NCBI GenBank assembly: GCA_963758915.1
Contig: CAVWXH010000016.1
Coordinates: forward strand, 96,001 to 160,000
Source: an uncultured Methanomicrobiales archaeon
GTDB taxonomy: Archaea; Halobacteriota; Methanomicrobia; Methanomicrobiales; Methanospirillaceae
Direction: 5' to 3'
DNA length: 64,000 nucleotides
Shown piece by piece: positions 42,477-54,016 of the stretch. How positions within the stretch are numbered: the first letter of the stretch is position 1; the number at the start of each line of letters is the position of its first letter. The translations under genes and the position numbers were made by a program. The notes below the pieces were generated by a model. That model ran no database searches and had not been told where the DNA came from. It saw only the letters and a list, made by a program, of their open reading frames with translations.

Positions 42477-42537
42477 ATGGAAGTACCTGGTTTTTTCCCT
42501 GCTCCGGGCTGGGCATCCCTGGAAGGTGGTGTCACAA

Positions 42538-43557
42538 ATGAATACCTTTGGCAATAATTTCCGCTGTACCACGTTCGGAGAGAGCCACGGAAAAGCGCTT
42601 GGTGTAGTTATAGACGGATGCCCCGCAGGTATCCCGCTAACCGAATCAGACATCCAGCCACTCCTTGACAGGCGACGTCCAGGCCAGTCAGACCTGGCAT
42701 CGCAGAGAAAGGAAGAAGACTGTGTGGAGATACTCTCCGGGATATTCGAGGGAACAACCACCGGCACACCGATCGCCCTTATCATCCGGAATATGGATAT
42801 GAAAACCGAAGATTACGTTCCCCTCAAGGACATATTCAGGCCCGGTCATGCGGATTTTACCTACCTGCAAAAATATGGCATCCGGGATTTCAGGGGGGGG
42901 GGACGAAGTTCCGGGAGAGAAACGATCTCACGGGTTGCGGCAGGAGCCGTCGCTATGAAGGTGCTTGGCTATGCAGGGGTATCACTCTCGGGAAGGGTTA
43001 TTGAAGTCCATGGAAAAACTCTTCCTGCTGAAATGGAAACAGAGATCCGGGCTGCAAGAGACGCGGGAAATTCTGTAGGTGGAATTGTCGAGGTTGTAGC
43101 GAAAGGCACACCCCCGGGTATTGGTGACCCTGTGTCCGGGAAACTTGATGCTGCAATCGCCCATGCCATGATGGGGATTGGATCGGTGAAAGGTGTGGAA
43201 ATTGGTGAAGGATTCCATGCAGCTGCGTTGTTCGGGAGTGAAAATAACGATGAAATGGCCGCTGAAGGATTTTTGACCAACCATGCAGGGGGTATTCTTG
43301 GCGGTATCAGCACGGGTTCAGATATTACCGTCCGCATCGCTGTAAAACCGACACCATCAATTTCAAGGGAACAACAGACGGTGACCGCTTTCGGCATGCC
43401 TGTAACGATCTCGGTTCAGGGAAGGCACGATCCCTGCATAGCCCCACGGATCGTCCCGGTAGCGGAGGCAATGATCGCGCTGGTGTTGGTGGACGGGCTT
43501 CTTGAACAGCTGAAGAATTCAGGGTTTCAGGCCCTCCTGAAGAATACCCACGCCTGA
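42538..43557 (+). CDS. aroC: Chorismate synthase
   Basis: [46 protein letters not shown]. Confidence 0.97.
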   Translation: MNTFGNNFRCTTFGESHGKALGVVIDGCPAGIPLTESDIQPLLDRRRPGQSDLASQRKEEDCVEILSGIFEGTTTGTPIALIIRNMDMKTEDYVPLKDIFRPGHADFTYLQKYGIRDFRGGGRSSGRETISRVAAGAVAMKVLGYAGVSLSGRVIEVHGKTLPAEMETEIRAARDAGNSVGGIVEVVAKGTPPGIGDPVSGKLDAAIAHAMMGIGSVKGVEIGEGFHAAALFGSENNDEMAAEGFLTNHAGGILGGISTGSDITVRIAVKPTPSISREQQTVTAFGMPVTISVQGRHDPCIAPRIVPVAEAMIALVLVDGLLEQLKNSGFQALLKNTHA

Positions 43558-43654
43558 TTCCCGCTCTTTTTCCTGTAGATGAAAAAGGAAACCCCTGGAG
43601 ATATCGGGGTTCTGATGAACACCGTGTGCCATTCGCGGCGTTTTGTTCTGCAGA

Positions 43655-44314
43655 TTATTGCTGGTTATTATCCGACCTGTATTCCTGCAGGAGGCGGGCA
43701 TATATCTCCTGAAGGTCGCGGATATGGTACTGGCCCGCAGCGGTAGCCTCACCTGCATGCCCGAATATCCACTCCGAACCAAACAGGGGGAGTAGCGGGC
43801 GCATATGCCGGTAATGTTCTCCCATAATACTCGTTATTACAGGTTTTTCTGCATGGAGAGTAAATGAAAGGAAGATGATAATGTCATGTTCATCTGATGG
43901 TGTGACGACAATTTTCAGAATATCTCCGTATTCACGGAGAGCGTCATCGATTGCGGCCAGTTCCTCTATTGATGGCATCCGTTTCATGTGATATGAAGCG
44001 ATGATGCTGACTCCCTGCTCCCTGATGAACCGGGCATGAGAGGAAAACCGTTGTTCAATATCGACATAGGACGCGTAGGGAAGAAGCGGCGTAATGGTCT
44101 CGATCCAGAGGTCAGAATCGCCGGAAAATGACCCCCCTTCCTGTTCACTCCGGAGCGTCAGGATTAATGGAATTTCTGTCTTCGCATACCATTCCTGGAC
44201 AATTACAGGTAAGTCCCCCCTCAACAGGTCCAGACGAATTTCAATCAGGTCAGGATTATACTGGAGCAGGGTAGTCCCGCCAGGTCTCTCACCGGTTGAT
44301 ACGACAATCTTCAT
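43655..44314 (-). CDS. aroD: Type I 3-dehydroquinate dehydratase
   Basis: IEIRLD, LTLRS..EGG, YVDIE, IASYH, KIV, MGE..R, AAGQ motifs; convergent with aroC. Confidence 0.9.
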   Translation of the reverse strand: MKIVVSTGERPGGTTLLQYNPDLIEIRLDLLRGDLPVIVQEWYAKTEIPLILTLRSEQEGGSFSGDSDLWIETITPLLPYASYVDIEQRFSSHARFIREQGVSIIASYHMKRMPSIEELAAIDDALREYGDILKIVVTPSDEHDIIIFLSFTLHAEKPVITSIMGEHYRHMRPLLPLFGSEWIFGHAGEATAAGQYHIRDLQEIYARLLQEYRSDNNQQ

Positions 44315-44357
44315 CTGCCGGGTACCTCCCGATAACATATTCTCCCGGGGTTCTTAT

Positions 44358-44912
44358 ATGTTAACAACAATCATGACCGGACAAGGTCACCCTGCAGGGG
44401 GGATATCCAGGGATTGCGTCATTGCGCTTTTCATTGGAGGAATATCACCGTTTATTGCCGGTTTTTTCTTCATGGTCCCCCCGGGATCTGTCCTTGCCCT
44501 GATGTCAGCGACCATCGTACTTGAGTATGGAGCCGTTTTCATCGGTACTGCGCTTGACATGCGTAATGCCATCACCTTTATCATTGTATCACTTGTAGCG
44601 ACCGGAATTATATTCTTCCAGTTATCGTTATTTGACCATTTCGGGAAAATTTCACCACGGGTGGGCCTGTTTCTTGATCGGACACGGGTGAAATACGGGT
44701 CATCACCATTTGTGAAAAAATACGGGGTCTTTGCCCTGGTTCCCGGGATGCTGGTAGTTGGTTTTTTTGTCTGCCCTGCAGTAGCATGGCTCATGGGATG
44801 GGAGCGAAAGATCGCATTCATGGTAATGATGGGAACATTCTGTGCGGCTTCAGCATTCCTCCTCCCGGTTAGTGAAGGACTTATTCACTGGATATCCGGC
44901 CTTGCGGGTTAA
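44358..44912 (+). CDS. Integral membrane protein (small multidrug export / COG2426-like)
   Basis: Several hydrophobic helices; VKKYGVFAL.PG..VGFFVCPAVAWLMGW pattern. Confidence 0.7.
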   Translation: MLTTIMTGQGHPAGGISRDCVIALFIGGISPFIAGFFFMVPPGSVLALMSATIVLEYGAVFIGTALDMRNAITFIIVSLVATGIIFFQLSLFDHFGKISPRVGLFLDRTRVKYGSSPFVKKYGVFALVPGMLVVGFFVCPAVAWLMGWERKIAFMVMMGTFCAASAFLLPVSEGLIHWISGLAG

Positions 44913-45061
44913 CCTTTATGGTCACGGATGGCGGCAGGTACCTTAAAAAAACAGCATTAAGAACACAGTTTACCTATTCTTATTTCAGGTGTACGATCAA
45001 TGCGGAGGCACGATACTATGGTGATGCATAACCCCCGGGATGCGGGGGGCCGGGGTTTCGA

Positions 45062-47677
45062 ATGAAAGTCCCGGAACTCCTGGCGCCTGCAGGCTCAACA
45101 GAATCGCTTGTAGCCGCAATCGATGCGGGAGCTGACGCTGTATATCTCGGCGGAAACCGTTTTAGTGCCAGGAACTTTGCGGAAAACTTTAACCCGGCCT
45201 CAATTGTGAATGCCGTGCAGTATGCACATTTACGGGGCGTTAAGGTGTATGTCACGGTCAATACGCTTGTCCGTGATTCCGAACTTCCCGATACGGTTCA
45301 ATTTATATTGTTTTTATACCAGGCTGGCATCGATGCCATCCTTGTCCAGGACACTGGTGTCGCTTCAGTTGCACGGGAGATAGCGCCCGGACTACCCCTG
45401 CATGCCTCAACGCAAATGACTATCCATAACCGTGAGGGTGTGGCATGGGCAGGGGAACTGGGATTTACAAGGGTGGTTCTTGCAAGAGAACTCTCCCTGG
45501 AAGAAATAGCTGGTATCGCATCCGCCCCGGAGTGCCAGGGGGTGGGGCTTGAAATTTTTGTACATGGGGCACTGTGCTATTCGTACTCAGGGCAGTGTCT
45601 CCTTTCATCAGTGATAGGAGGGAGGAGCGGGAACCGGGGGATGTGTGCGCAGCCCTGCCGGAAACCCTACCATTCTGTCAGTGGGCCGATGGACAAGTAC
45701 GGACGACCTGCATCTCTTTCCAAAACCAAGTGGGACGAGGAGTACATCATGTCAACAAAGGACCTCTGCAGTTACCGGGACCTTGAATCCATTGTCCACG
45801 CTCCCGTAGAGAGCTTAAAAATTGAGGGGCGGATGAGGTCGCCCCGCTATGTCTCCACCGTGGTATCTGTTTACCGGAGGGCGATTGATGCAATCGCCTT
45901 GGGGAACTGGAGCCCTAGGGATGACGAAGAGGAGGAACTTGCACTTGCCTTCAACAGGGGTTTTACCCGTGGATACCTCAAAGGTGCGCGTCATGGTGAG
46001 ATAATGGGCCGGGACCACCCTGATCACAGGGGTATCATGGTAGGGACTGTCATTTCGTATCATCCCCGGGTGAATCAGGCACGGGTCAGGCTTTCAGGGG
46101 ATACGTTCCTTTACAAGGGGGATGGAGTAGTATTCCTGGACCCGTGCACCGGTAGTGAAAACGGGATGATCCTCTACGGGATGCCTGTCAGGGATGCTGA
46201 CGGACTCCTCGTCCCGGTTTCAACTCCGGTAAAATCCGGGGACCTCCTCTATCTTACCCGCCGGAAGGATCGGGGAACGGCGGGTAAAAAGGATAAACCC
46301 GGTGAAAAGGGGAAACAATTTCAGATCCCCCTTGATCTCGTCATCACCTGGGATGAAGAACGACGTCCCGTGGTAAACGGGGTTATACCCGGTAAAGACG
46401 GCATTCCGATCAAATACAGCTATACTGGTCAGCCCATGCAGGTTGCAGAAAAAACTCCTCTCACCGCCGAGCAGATTGCCATGCAGGTCAGCAGGACCGG
46501 CGGTACACCATTTGTCGTCGGTAACATCGTTGTCCATTACCCGGGAGGGCTCTTCACACCTGTGTCCGTATTGAACCAGCTCAGAAGAGATTTCCTTGAG
46601 GGTGCGGAACTGGCAATTACCTCTTCATGGAGGCCAGGGCAGGTTGAATTATCATCTGCTGAAAAACAGGCCGGATTGGTTATCGCATCACTTTCAGCGA
46701 CAACCACTTCCAGGCCTCCCCTGTGCCCCGGATCTATGAAAATCTCTGTTTATGCAAATTCCTCAGAAGTAGCAGTTGCAGCTCTGGAAGCCGGATGTGA
46801 CCGTGTATATTTTGAACCAGAGGTCGGAACGAAGACCTGCCGGTGCCGCAAAACGGCTATCGTTCCAATGGGGCAGGGGCCTTTTCCGGAAATTGTTGCC
46901 CTGGTCAGGGATTTGCTTGTGCGTACGGCAGGGAGCAGCCGGCAGATATTCTGGAAATGGCCGTCAATCCCCGAAAGGGATTATATTGATAGGTCACTGG
47001 CAGTCCTTCCGGAATTGCTTGAAATGGGGATTGGCGGTATCATGGTTGACAGCGCCGGTCTTGCAGGAACGGTCCGTCGGTTATTTCCTGCACTGAAGAT
47101 ATGCGGTGGGGCCGGCCTGAATATTTTCAACCATGTTGCAGCCGGTTCATTACCTGGCTTTTTCAGCCTTACCCCGTCTCCCGAGCTGTCCCACGATGAT
47201 ATTTCAGCACTGGCGGCATGGTGTTACCACGGTGAAACCCCCCTGTTTGAAGTAATTGTCCAGGGAAATCTTGAAGTCCTTACCAGCAGGGACTGCATAC
47301 CTGCAGGTATGCCCCAAGGGAAAAGTACCTGCGGTGGGCTGAATGAAAGCCTCTTCTCTGGCCTGCAGGATGCTACCGGCAGGATCTTTCCTTTCAATGT
47401 TGACCCCTGGTGTCACACTCACATCAGGAACTCCAATGAAATCTGCCTGATCGATAGCATCCCGGGACTTATTGCTTCGGGTGTATCTTCGGCAGCCATT
47501 GACGCCCGTCATAAGACTCCTGCCTATGCAAAGGAAATGGTATCGTTATACAGGGAAGCAATCAGGCGTTCCGGTGAGCCATCAGGGCAGGAACAATTCA
47601 CCGATCTCCTCGCTGCGGTGAAAAGGATCTCGCTCGGTGGCATCACATCTGCATCCTTCCGGGGTAATCTTCTCTGA
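45062..47677 (+). CDS. Peptidase U32 family protein with DUF3656 (RlhA-like Fe-S RNA hydroxylase)
   Basis: PELLAPAG, HASTQ, RVVLAREL, HGALCYSYSGQC...GNRGMCAQPCR, LKIEGRM; 871 aa long form. Confidence 0.9.
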   Translation: MKVPELLAPAGSTESLVAAIDAGADAVYLGGNRFSARNFAENFNPASIVNAVQYAHLRGVKVYVTVNTLVRDSELPDTVQFILFLYQAGIDAILVQDTGVASVAREIAPGLPLHASTQMTIHNREGVAWAGELGFTRVVLARELSLEEIAGIASAPECQGVGLEIFVHGALCYSYSGQCLLSSVIGGRSGNRGMCAQPCRKPYHSVSGPMDKYGRPASLSKTKWDEEYIMSTKDLCSYRDLESIVHAPVESLKIEGRMRSPRYVSTVVSVYRRAIDAIALGNWSPRDDEEEELALAFNRGFTRGYLKGARHGEIMGRDHPDHRGIMVGTVISYHPRVNQARVRLSGDTFLYKGDGVVFLDPCTGSENGMILYGMPVRDADGLLVPVSTPVKSGDLLYLTRRKDRGTAGKKDKPGEKGKQFQIPLDLVITWDEERRPVVNGVIPGKDGIPIKYSYTGQPMQVAEKTPLTAEQIAMQVSRTGGTPFVVGNIVVHYPGGLFTPVSVLNQLRRDFLEGAELAITSSWRPGQVELSSAEKQAGLVIASLSATTTSRPPLCPGSMKISVYANSSEVAVAALEAGCDRVYFEPEVGTKTCRCRKTAIVPMGQGPFPEIVALVRDLLVRTAGSSRQIFWKWPSIPERDYIDRSLAVLPELLEMGIGGIMVDSAGLAGTVRRLFPALKICGGAGLNIFNHVAAGSLPGFFSLTPSPELSHDDISALAAWCYHGETPLFEVIVQGNLEVLTSRDCIPAGMPQGKSTCGGLNESLFSGLQDATGRIFPFNVDPWCHTHIRNSNEICLIDSIPGLIASGVSSAAIDARHKTPAYAKEMVSLYREAIRRSGEPSGQEQFTDLLAAVKRISLGGITSASFRGNLL

Positions 47678-47733
47678 CATTTCCGAAGCGTGCAGTTCTT
47701 TATCAAATGATACATATATGGGGATGAAAGAAC

Positions 47734-48402
47734 ATGGCAGCCCCGTTCATCCTGATTAACCTGAAGACATACCGTGAAAGTATCGGACAGCACGCGCACC
47801 GGATTGCATCCATTGCACAGGCTGTAAGCGCTGACAGCGGTGTACTCATTGGTATCGCGCCTTCATATCTCGATATACACCCGATATCGCGGCATTATGA
47901 AATTCCCGTATTTGCCCAGCACGTCGATGGTCTGGAACCCGGGGCCCATACGGGGACTATCACCGCAGAAGCACTGAAACAGGCGGGGGCGAAAGGTTCC
48001 CTGGTAAATCATTCAGAACGGAGACTCACACTCGCCGATATTGATGCAGCGGTTTCAGCCCTCCGTGCAGCGCATATGGTATCTGTAGTGTGTACCAACA
48101 ACGAAGCAGCCAGCGCAGCAGCTGCAGCCCTTTCACCTGATTACGTAGCGGTTGAACCTCCAGAATTAATCGGGAGCGGTGTATCGGTTGCAAAGGCAAA
48201 CCCAGAAATAATAAAAAAGACTGTGGAAGCTGTCCGGTTGGTAAATCCAAAAGTTCTGGTGTTAACCGGCGCAGGGATACAGACCGGGGAGTGTGTCAGG
48301 ACTGCAATTGATCTTGGGACTGATGGTGTACTTCTCGCCTCAGGCGTTGTCAAGGCAAAAGACCCCGAAGCAGTACTTCGTGACCTCGTCTCAAAAATCT
48401 GA
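47734..48402 (+). CDS. tpiA: Triosephosphate isomerase (archaeal type)
   Basis: [38 protein letters not shown]. Confidence 0.97.
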   Translation: MAAPFILINLKTYRESIGQHAHRIASIAQAVSADSGVLIGIAPSYLDIHPISRHYEIPVFAQHVDGLEPGAHTGTITAEALKQAGAKGSLVNHSERRLTLADIDAAVSALRAAHMVSVVCTNNEAASAAAAALSPDYVAVEPPELIGSGVSVAKANPEIIKKTVEAVRLVNPKVLVLTGAGIQTGECVRTAIDLGTDGVLLASGVVKAKDPEAVLRDLVSKI

Positions 48403-48460
48403 ATGAATCATTGGTTGAAGGTGATTACCGGGAATCTTTTCAGGAGCCCCCGGGCCGCGC

Positions 48461-49021
48461 CTATGGGCGGACTATCAGGGATATCAGGTCATGTTTTGTT
48501 ATCACCCCCTGGACACGCCCGCCTTCAAGAACAAGCACTGCATGGTGGTGCTGAAGGATTGATACCACCGTTTCCACGTCGGTATCAGGAGGGACTGTAG
48601 GAAACCCGGACTCCATGAAGTCATTCGCCGAATATATGTGACTTTTATGGAGCCGCTGCTCTTCAATGGCATTTACAATGGCAGTCTCTGAAATACATCC
48701 GACTGGTACACCGTTTTCTATCACCGGAAGCTGGGAGATATTGTTCTTGTCCATTATTTCAACAGCAGTGGTGATGGGGTCGATTGGTTTTACCGCGAAA
48801 ACAGGTGTATGCATCACATCTGATGCCGTAACCCGGTGCCTTACTGCACTGTTCAGCACGTTCAGTATCCGGGTTAAGGTACTGACACGGGGGTCGACAC
48901 TCCCTGCTTCAATGCGGGCGATCATTGACTGGCTGACTCCCGCCCGCCTGGCAAGTTCAGCCTGCCGCATCTGGAGCACTTCCCTCCGTGACCTGATCTC
49001 TTCGGGAGTAGGGATATGCAT
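48461..49021 (-). CDS. HTH-CBS domain transcriptional regulator
   Basis: XRE HTH (QAELARRAGVSQSMIARIE) followed by a CBS pair. Confidence 0.92.
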   Translation of the reverse strand: MHIPTPEEIRSRREVLQMRQAELARRAGVSQSMIARIEAGSVDPRVSTLTRILNVLNSAVRHRVTASDVMHTPVFAVKPIDPITTAVEIMDKNNISQLPVIENGVPVGCISETAIVNAIEEQRLHKSHIYSANDFMESGFPTVPPDTDVETVVSILQHHHAVLVLEGGRVQGVITKHDLISLIVRP

Positions 49022-49080
49022 AATTATTACTGATGGTGATATTTCCTTAAATTAACTTCTCATATCACGGTTAGAAGAAG

Positions 49081-49430
49081 TGAGTGGGAGGAGTAAGCCC
49101 CCTTCTGTTCATTGCGGCATTCAGCTACGCGCCTACCTGGGCAGGTACTGAGCTACCCATCTGCCCTGTTCCGGCTTGCACCCGCAGGGATTCACCGTTT
49201 CATCGTATCCTGTCCCTACGCTCTGCGAGTTATCTCGTGCGTGACGCACTTCTCGCACGGGGGGATTGAACCCCCTTGCTCGGTCGCATCATTGCTAATG
49301 ACAGGCCGTGCCGTTTCTGTGCCATTGCCGTGACTCTCGCCACCCATACTTGCATATGGCTGCGTGCTCAGTAGGTGGGGGGACTTTCCTCAGCAGCATA
49401 AAGCCACCGTCGGCCGCACTCTCCCTCTCA
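49081..49430 (-). ncRNA. rnpB: RNase P RNA (archaeal)
   Basis: Minus strand has GAGGAAAGTCC near the 5' end and AACAGAAGGGGGCTTA near the 3' end; termini TGAGAGGGAG and CTCCCACTCA can form helix P1; about 350 nt. Confidence 0.95.
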
Positions 49431-49464
49431 TATTATAATGGGGAGAGCGCATTATTTACTCTTA

Positions 49465-50031
49465 ATGGATATGCTAACTGCTGATGAAGGCACGATGGCT
49501 GTTAAAATGGCCCGGAATACAATAGAGGCCGTGGTTCGCGGCAGACCTGTCCCTTCAGCCAGTCTACCGCCGGTATTTTCAGAAAAACGAGGGATATTTG
49601 TGACAATTACCCGTTCTGGTGAGTTACGGGGGTGTATCGGGTATCCCTATCCGGTACTCCCGCTGGGGGAGGCGATACGATCCGCTGCAACGGGTGCGGC
49701 GCTCGAGGACCCCCGGTTCCCCCCGGTGCCCCTGTCCGAACTCGACAGGATCCGGGTTGAAGTGACGGTGCTCACGCCGCCCGAACCACTTGATGTGGCG
49801 CCAGAGATGCGGCCTCATGCCGTGATAATTGGGAAACACGGGTTAATTGCACGCAGTGGAGGAAGAAGCGGGCTCCTGCTGCCACAGGTGGCAACCGAAT
49901 ATTCATGGAATTGTGAAGAATTCCTGTCCCATACCTGTATGAAATCCGGACTGCCTGCCAATTGCTGGAAACGATCCGAAACCGAAATCCTCACGTTTGA
50001 AGGGCAGATTTTTCACGAGCAGGTATCTTAA
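49465..50031 (+). CDS. AMMECR1 / TIGR00296 family protein
   Basis: GIFVTI, LRGCIG, DPRF, GKHGLI, GLLLPQV motifs. Confidence 0.94.
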   Translation: MDMLTADEGTMAVKMARNTIEAVVRGRPVPSASLPPVFSEKRGIFVTITRSGELRGCIGYPYPVLPLGEAIRSAATGAALEDPRFPPVPLSELDRIRVEVTVLTPPEPLDVAPEMRPHAVIIGKHGLIARSGGRSGLLLPQVATEYSWNCEEFLSHTCMKSGLPANCWKRSETEILTFEGQIFHEQVS

Positions 50032-51488
50032 TGGCAATCTCATTTGAAATTCTTGAGGAGGATATATTTGGCCGGACGGGACGGTTAAAAGTCGGGGAAA
50101 AAGTCCTGAAAACACCTGCACTTCTTCCTGTCGTAAACCCTCACCTGCCACTCATTACCCCCGCCGAGATGAAATCGCTTGGTGCGGGGGCCCTGATCAC
50201 CAATGCATACATCTTCTACCGGAGCAAGGAGTTCCGCGAGCCGGCCCTTGCAAGGGGTCTCCACGATCTCCTTGGATTTGACGGGATAATAATGACCGAT
50301 TCGGGATCCTTCCAGCTCTCGGTATACGGGGACGTCGAGGTATCCAATTCAGACACGCTCCTGTTCCAGCGATCCATAGGGAGCGATATCATCGTCCCGC
50401 TGGATATCCCCACACACCCGGATACCAGCCGGGAGCAGACTGAAAATGAGCTGGGGATTACCATGGAGAGGCTCAGGGAAGCAGGCGAACTCCTCGGGCC
50501 CGGTGCCCCGCTGGCAGCCCCCATCCAGGGGGGCTCATTCCCTGACCTCCGGGAAAAAGCCGGACGTATGGCAGGGGAGATGGGATTTACGTTCACACCG
50601 ATTGGAGCGGTCGTCCCCCTGATGGAATCGTACCGGTACGAGGACCTCGTCCGGGTTGTCCTCGCCGCAAAAAAGGGTATCCCCTCCTCTGCCTGTGTCC
50701 ACCTGTTTGGAGCAGGACACCCGGTGATGTTTGCACTTGCCGTGGCAATGGGTTGTGACCTCTTTGACTCGGCTGCGTATGCATTGTACGCGAAAGAGGG
50801 GCGCTACCTCACGACGCACGGGAGTAAAAAACTGGCCGAGTTGTCCGAATTACCCTGCAGTTGTGAAGTTTGCAGGGGCCATTCTGCCGACGAAATGCGG
50901 CAATCCCCACAAAAAATCAGGCTCCTTGCGCGGCATAACCTGATTGTGACGCTAACGGAGATTGCCCGGATCCGACAGGCGATTTCTGACGGGGTCCTCT
51001 GGGAACTCGTAGATGAACGTTGCCGGAGTCACCCAAGGCTCCTCCGTGGTTACCGGACATTGCTTTCTCATAGCGAAGAACTCGCCACGAGGGACCGGAT
51101 TTCAAAACGCCGTTTTTTTTACCGGGGTGGTGAAAGTTGCCGGCGGACAGAAGTACTACGGTACCAGATGATGATACCAAGGTTTTCTGTCGGCCGCCGC
51201 GTGCTGGTTACTTTTGACCGGCTCCCTCCGGATGGTGCAGCGGGGTATGATACGGTACTCCTCTTCAGGCCACCGTTTGGTCCTTACCCTGTTGAATTAA
51301 AGGAAACTTTTCCGATTGGGCAGTGTGAACTTCCTGAATGGGATGAGCAGATGGTAGTAACCGGGTGCGACGGGATAAGGGCATTAATCGATGCGAACCC
51401 CGGTACCTCTGTCAGCGTCCGGTGTGGTCCTGAATGGGAGGTCATTGTTGGCAGGAAATTACCTGAGGTGCAAATTGAACAGCGTTGA
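50031..51488 (+). CDS. tgtA: tRNA-guanine(15) transglycosylase
   Basis: [42 protein letters not shown] Zn site. Confidence 0.95.
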   Translation: MAISFEILEEDIFGRTGRLKVGEKVLKTPALLPVVNPHLPLITPAEMKSLGAGALITNAYIFYRSKEFREPALARGLHDLLGFDGIIMTDSGSFQLSVYGDVEVSNSDTLLFQRSIGSDIIVPLDIPTHPDTSREQTENELGITMERLREAGELLGPGAPLAAPIQGGSFPDLREKAGRMAGEMGFTFTPIGAVVPLMESYRYEDLVRVVLAAKKGIPSSACVHLFGAGHPVMFALAVAMGCDLFDSAAYALYAKEGRYLTTHGSKKLAELSELPCSCEVCRGHSADEMRQSPQKIRLLARHNLIVTLTEIARIRQAISDGVLWELVDERCRSHPRLLRGYRTLLSHSEELATRDRISKRRFFYRGGESCRRTEVLRYQMMIPRFSVGRRVLVTFDRLPPDGAAGYDTVLLFRPPFGPYPVELKETFPIGQCELPEWDEQMVVTGCDGIRALIDANPGTSVSVRCGPEWEVIVGRKLPEVQIEQR

Positions 51489-53118
51489 AGTAAAACGGCG
51501 GGACGGACTGGCCAGGTCCGGAACTTACCGTATCGAAGGGACCAGTATCGCATTCCCTGCCGCGGTTGATACGCTGATAGTATTTCCAGGCCTTAAGCAG
51601 GCGGCATTATCAAATATACCACTTTCTGCAGGACCTGAGTTTGTTGTAAAATACTGGCCTGACGGACCGGGTATTCCGGTGATGATCCACCCTCATCATA
51701 CATCGGGGCCGTGTTCAGGTGATTGTGTGATGGTGCCCGGGTGGCATACCGTCCTTAACAATCCGAGGAATTATGTGACCTGGCTCACCGCGATGAAAGC
51801 CCTGGTACCTCCCGATACGCTCTGGTATGCCCCGGGTGCTGCAGTACCTTCGAATGCCCATATCCTCTGCTATTCCGGGTTTGACCTGTTTGATTTCATT
51901 GCCTGTGATCTTGCGGCGGCGCAGGGGGTCTTCCTCCTTCCGGAAGGGGAGTTTGACCGTACCTGGATGGATGCAGGGGTATGTAATTGTGAAGGCTGCA
52001 GGTCTGCCGACCTGAAATTGCATAACCGCACGGCATTGACGAAAGAACTGGCCCTTGTGTACCGGTTTATCGCAGCATCCCGCCTCAGGGAATTTGTTGA
52101 GTCCCGGTGCAGGATGCATTCAGCGCATGTCGCTATTATGCGGCACCTCGATTCGATGTATGATGTAATGGAACAGGTGGTTCCGGTTGCACGAGATGTC
52201 GCGTTCGGTGCGACAACCGGTGAGACGCTGAACCGTATTGAGATCCGTCGTTTCGCACGGCGTGTCGTGGACCGTTACATACCCCCTCAGGCAGACACGG
52301 CGGTTATGCTACCCTGTTCTGCACGGAAACCCTATTCCCTTTCCCAGAGTCATAACAAATTTACCCGCTCGATACAGGGGAGGGCCCACGAATTAATCGT
52401 GACCTCCCCGGTGGGACTCGTCCCAAGGGAACTTGAACTGGTGTACCCTGCTGCCCATTATGATGTCCCGGTGACCGGGTACTGGGACCGGGAAGAGAAG
52501 GCCTTCATATCTGGAGTCATCGGGGAATACCTCCAGAAAAACCGCTACCGGCGGGTAATTGCCCACCTGGACGGGGGTGCCCTTGAAGTGGCAAAGGCTG
52601 GTGCGGAAATTGCAGGGATTGACCTTGAATACACCTGCTCCGGGCGGAGACCTACCGACGGGGGCTCTCTCGCGGCCCTTGATGCTGCACTGGAAGGGTG
52701 CCGGAGGGTGAAGCAGGACCTCATCAGGGGAATTTGTTCCTGGCAGTTCGGGACTGCCCCTGACACCGCAGGGTTGATGCCACGGGGGCGGTACCCGGCG
52801 GTGAAGTATTCGCGGAACCGTGTCCAGATGTTCTCTCTTGACACCGGAACCGGGCTGGTAAGACCTACGTTCGAAGGCTGGAAGCTGCTTGGGGAATGTT
52901 ACAGGGTACAGATATCTGATTTTGTCCCGCAGGGAGATATCCTCGCGCCGGGTATCGTGAGTGCTGACCCCTGCATTCGGGAAGGGGATGAGGTGCTTGT
53001 TGTCGGTCCCAGGGTTTCAGGCACAGGCAGGGCTGCAATGGGTGCCCGCGAGATGACGCATTCGAAACGTGGTGTGGCGGTGCGGGTGCGTAAAATAAAG
53101 ATGTGTACCGACCAATAA
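51475..53118 (+). CDS. arcS: Archaeosine synthase subunit alpha
   Basis: [36 protein letters not shown]-terminal PUA domain; TTG start after GAGGTG. Confidence 0.93.
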   Translation: MNSVEVKRRDGLARSGTYRIEGTSIAFPAAVDTLIVFPGLKQAALSNIPLSAGPEFVVKYWPDGPGIPVMIHPHHTSGPCSGDCVMVPGWHTVLNNPRNYVTWLTAMKALVPPDTLWYAPGAAVPSNAHILCYSGFDLFDFIACDLAAAQGVFLLPEGEFDRTWMDAGVCNCEGCRSADLKLHNRTALTKELALVYRFIAASRLREFVESRCRMHSAHVAIMRHLDSMYDVMEQVVPVARDVAFGATTGETLNRIEIRRFARRVVDRYIPPQADTAVMLPCSARKPYSLSQSHNKFTRSIQGRAHELIVTSPVGLVPRELELVYPAAHYDVPVTGYWDREEKAFISGVIGEYLQKNRYRRVIAHLDGGALEVAKAGAEIAGIDLEYTCSGRRPTDGGSLAALDAALEGCRRVKQDLIRGICSWQFGTAPDTAGLMPRGRYPAVKYSRNRVQMFSLDTGTGLVRPTFEGWKLLGECYRVQISDFVPQGDILAPGIVSADPCIREGDEVLVVGPRVSGTGRAAMGAREMTHSKRGVAVRVRKIKMCTDQ

Positions 53119-53174
53119 GTACGATACGCCAGACCGGGAAGGTTGTTCCGGCAGTACCAGAAGGTGTAATATCG

Positions 53175-54014
53175 TTGTACAGGGTTTTAAAGGCTACACA
53201 ACTTGCTGAACGGGTCTTTCAGATGTGGGTATTTGCACCGCACGTGGCCCACCACGCAGAAGCCGGCCAGTTTTTAATTGTCAGGGTCCATGAGTCCGGG
53301 GAACGGATCCCCCTGACTATATCTGCTGTAGACGGTGACGCGGTAAGGATTATTTTTATGGCCGTTGGCAAGACTACAGAACTCCTTGCGTCACTGCGCC
53401 AGGGTGACATGATCCGGGATATTGCCGGCCCACTCGGTCGCCCGAGTGATGTATCGAAGTATGGTACCTGTGCTGTCATCGGGGGCGGTGTTGGTATCGC
53501 GAGTGCCCCGATCATCGCAAGGGCTGCTAAATCCGCTGGGAACCACGTCATAGGCATCATTGGCGCGAGAAATGCCGGGCTCCTTATCCTTGAGGACGAG
53601 ATGAGGGCGAGTTGTGATGAACTGTTCATTACAACCGACGATGGCAGCAAAGGGATCCACGGGTATGCAGCAGACGTCCTGAAGGCAGAGCTTGGAAAAC
53701 GTACCATCGATTGTGTATGGATCATAGGTCCGGCAATAATGATGAAGGTGACATCCGGGGTTACCAGGCCTTACCACGTGAAGACGTTCGTGTCATTGAA
53801 CCCGATAATGGTGGACGGTACGGGTATGTGTGGATCATGCCGGGTGCAGGTGGGGGGAGCGACCCGGTTTGCCTGCGTGGACGGGCCTGAATTTGATGCC
53901 CATCTTGTTGATTTTGACCTCCTGATGCAACGGCAGCGGACATACCAGCCTGAAGAACGCGAGGCTCTTGAACAGTACCATGAGCACTCATGCCATTGTC
54001 ATGGGGGTGAATAG
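53175..54014 (+). CDS. nfnA: NfnA/SudB-type FAD/NAD-binding 2Fe-2S subunit
   Basis: GQFLIVR, ERIPLTI, GPLG, GGGVG, MVDGTGMCGSCRV, CVDGPEFD. Confidence 0.9.
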   Translation: MYRVLKATQLAERVFQMWVFAPHVAHHAEAGQFLIVRVHESGERIPLTISAVDGDAVRIIFMAVGKTTELLASLRQGDMIRDIAGPLGRPSDVSKYGTCAVIGGGVGIASAPIIARAAKSAGNHVIGIIGARNAGLLILEDEMRASCDELFITTDDGSKGIHGYAADVLKAELGKRTIDCVWIIGPAIMMKVTSGVTRPYHVKTFVSLNPIMVDGTGMCGSCRVQVGGATRFACVDGPEFDAHLVDFDLLMQRQRTYQPEEREALEQYHEHSCHCHGGE

Positions 54015-54016
54015 TC

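Noticed and set aside
49084-49333. ORFs 49084-49269 and 49112-49333
   Set aside because: They lie antisense within the RNase P RNA gene
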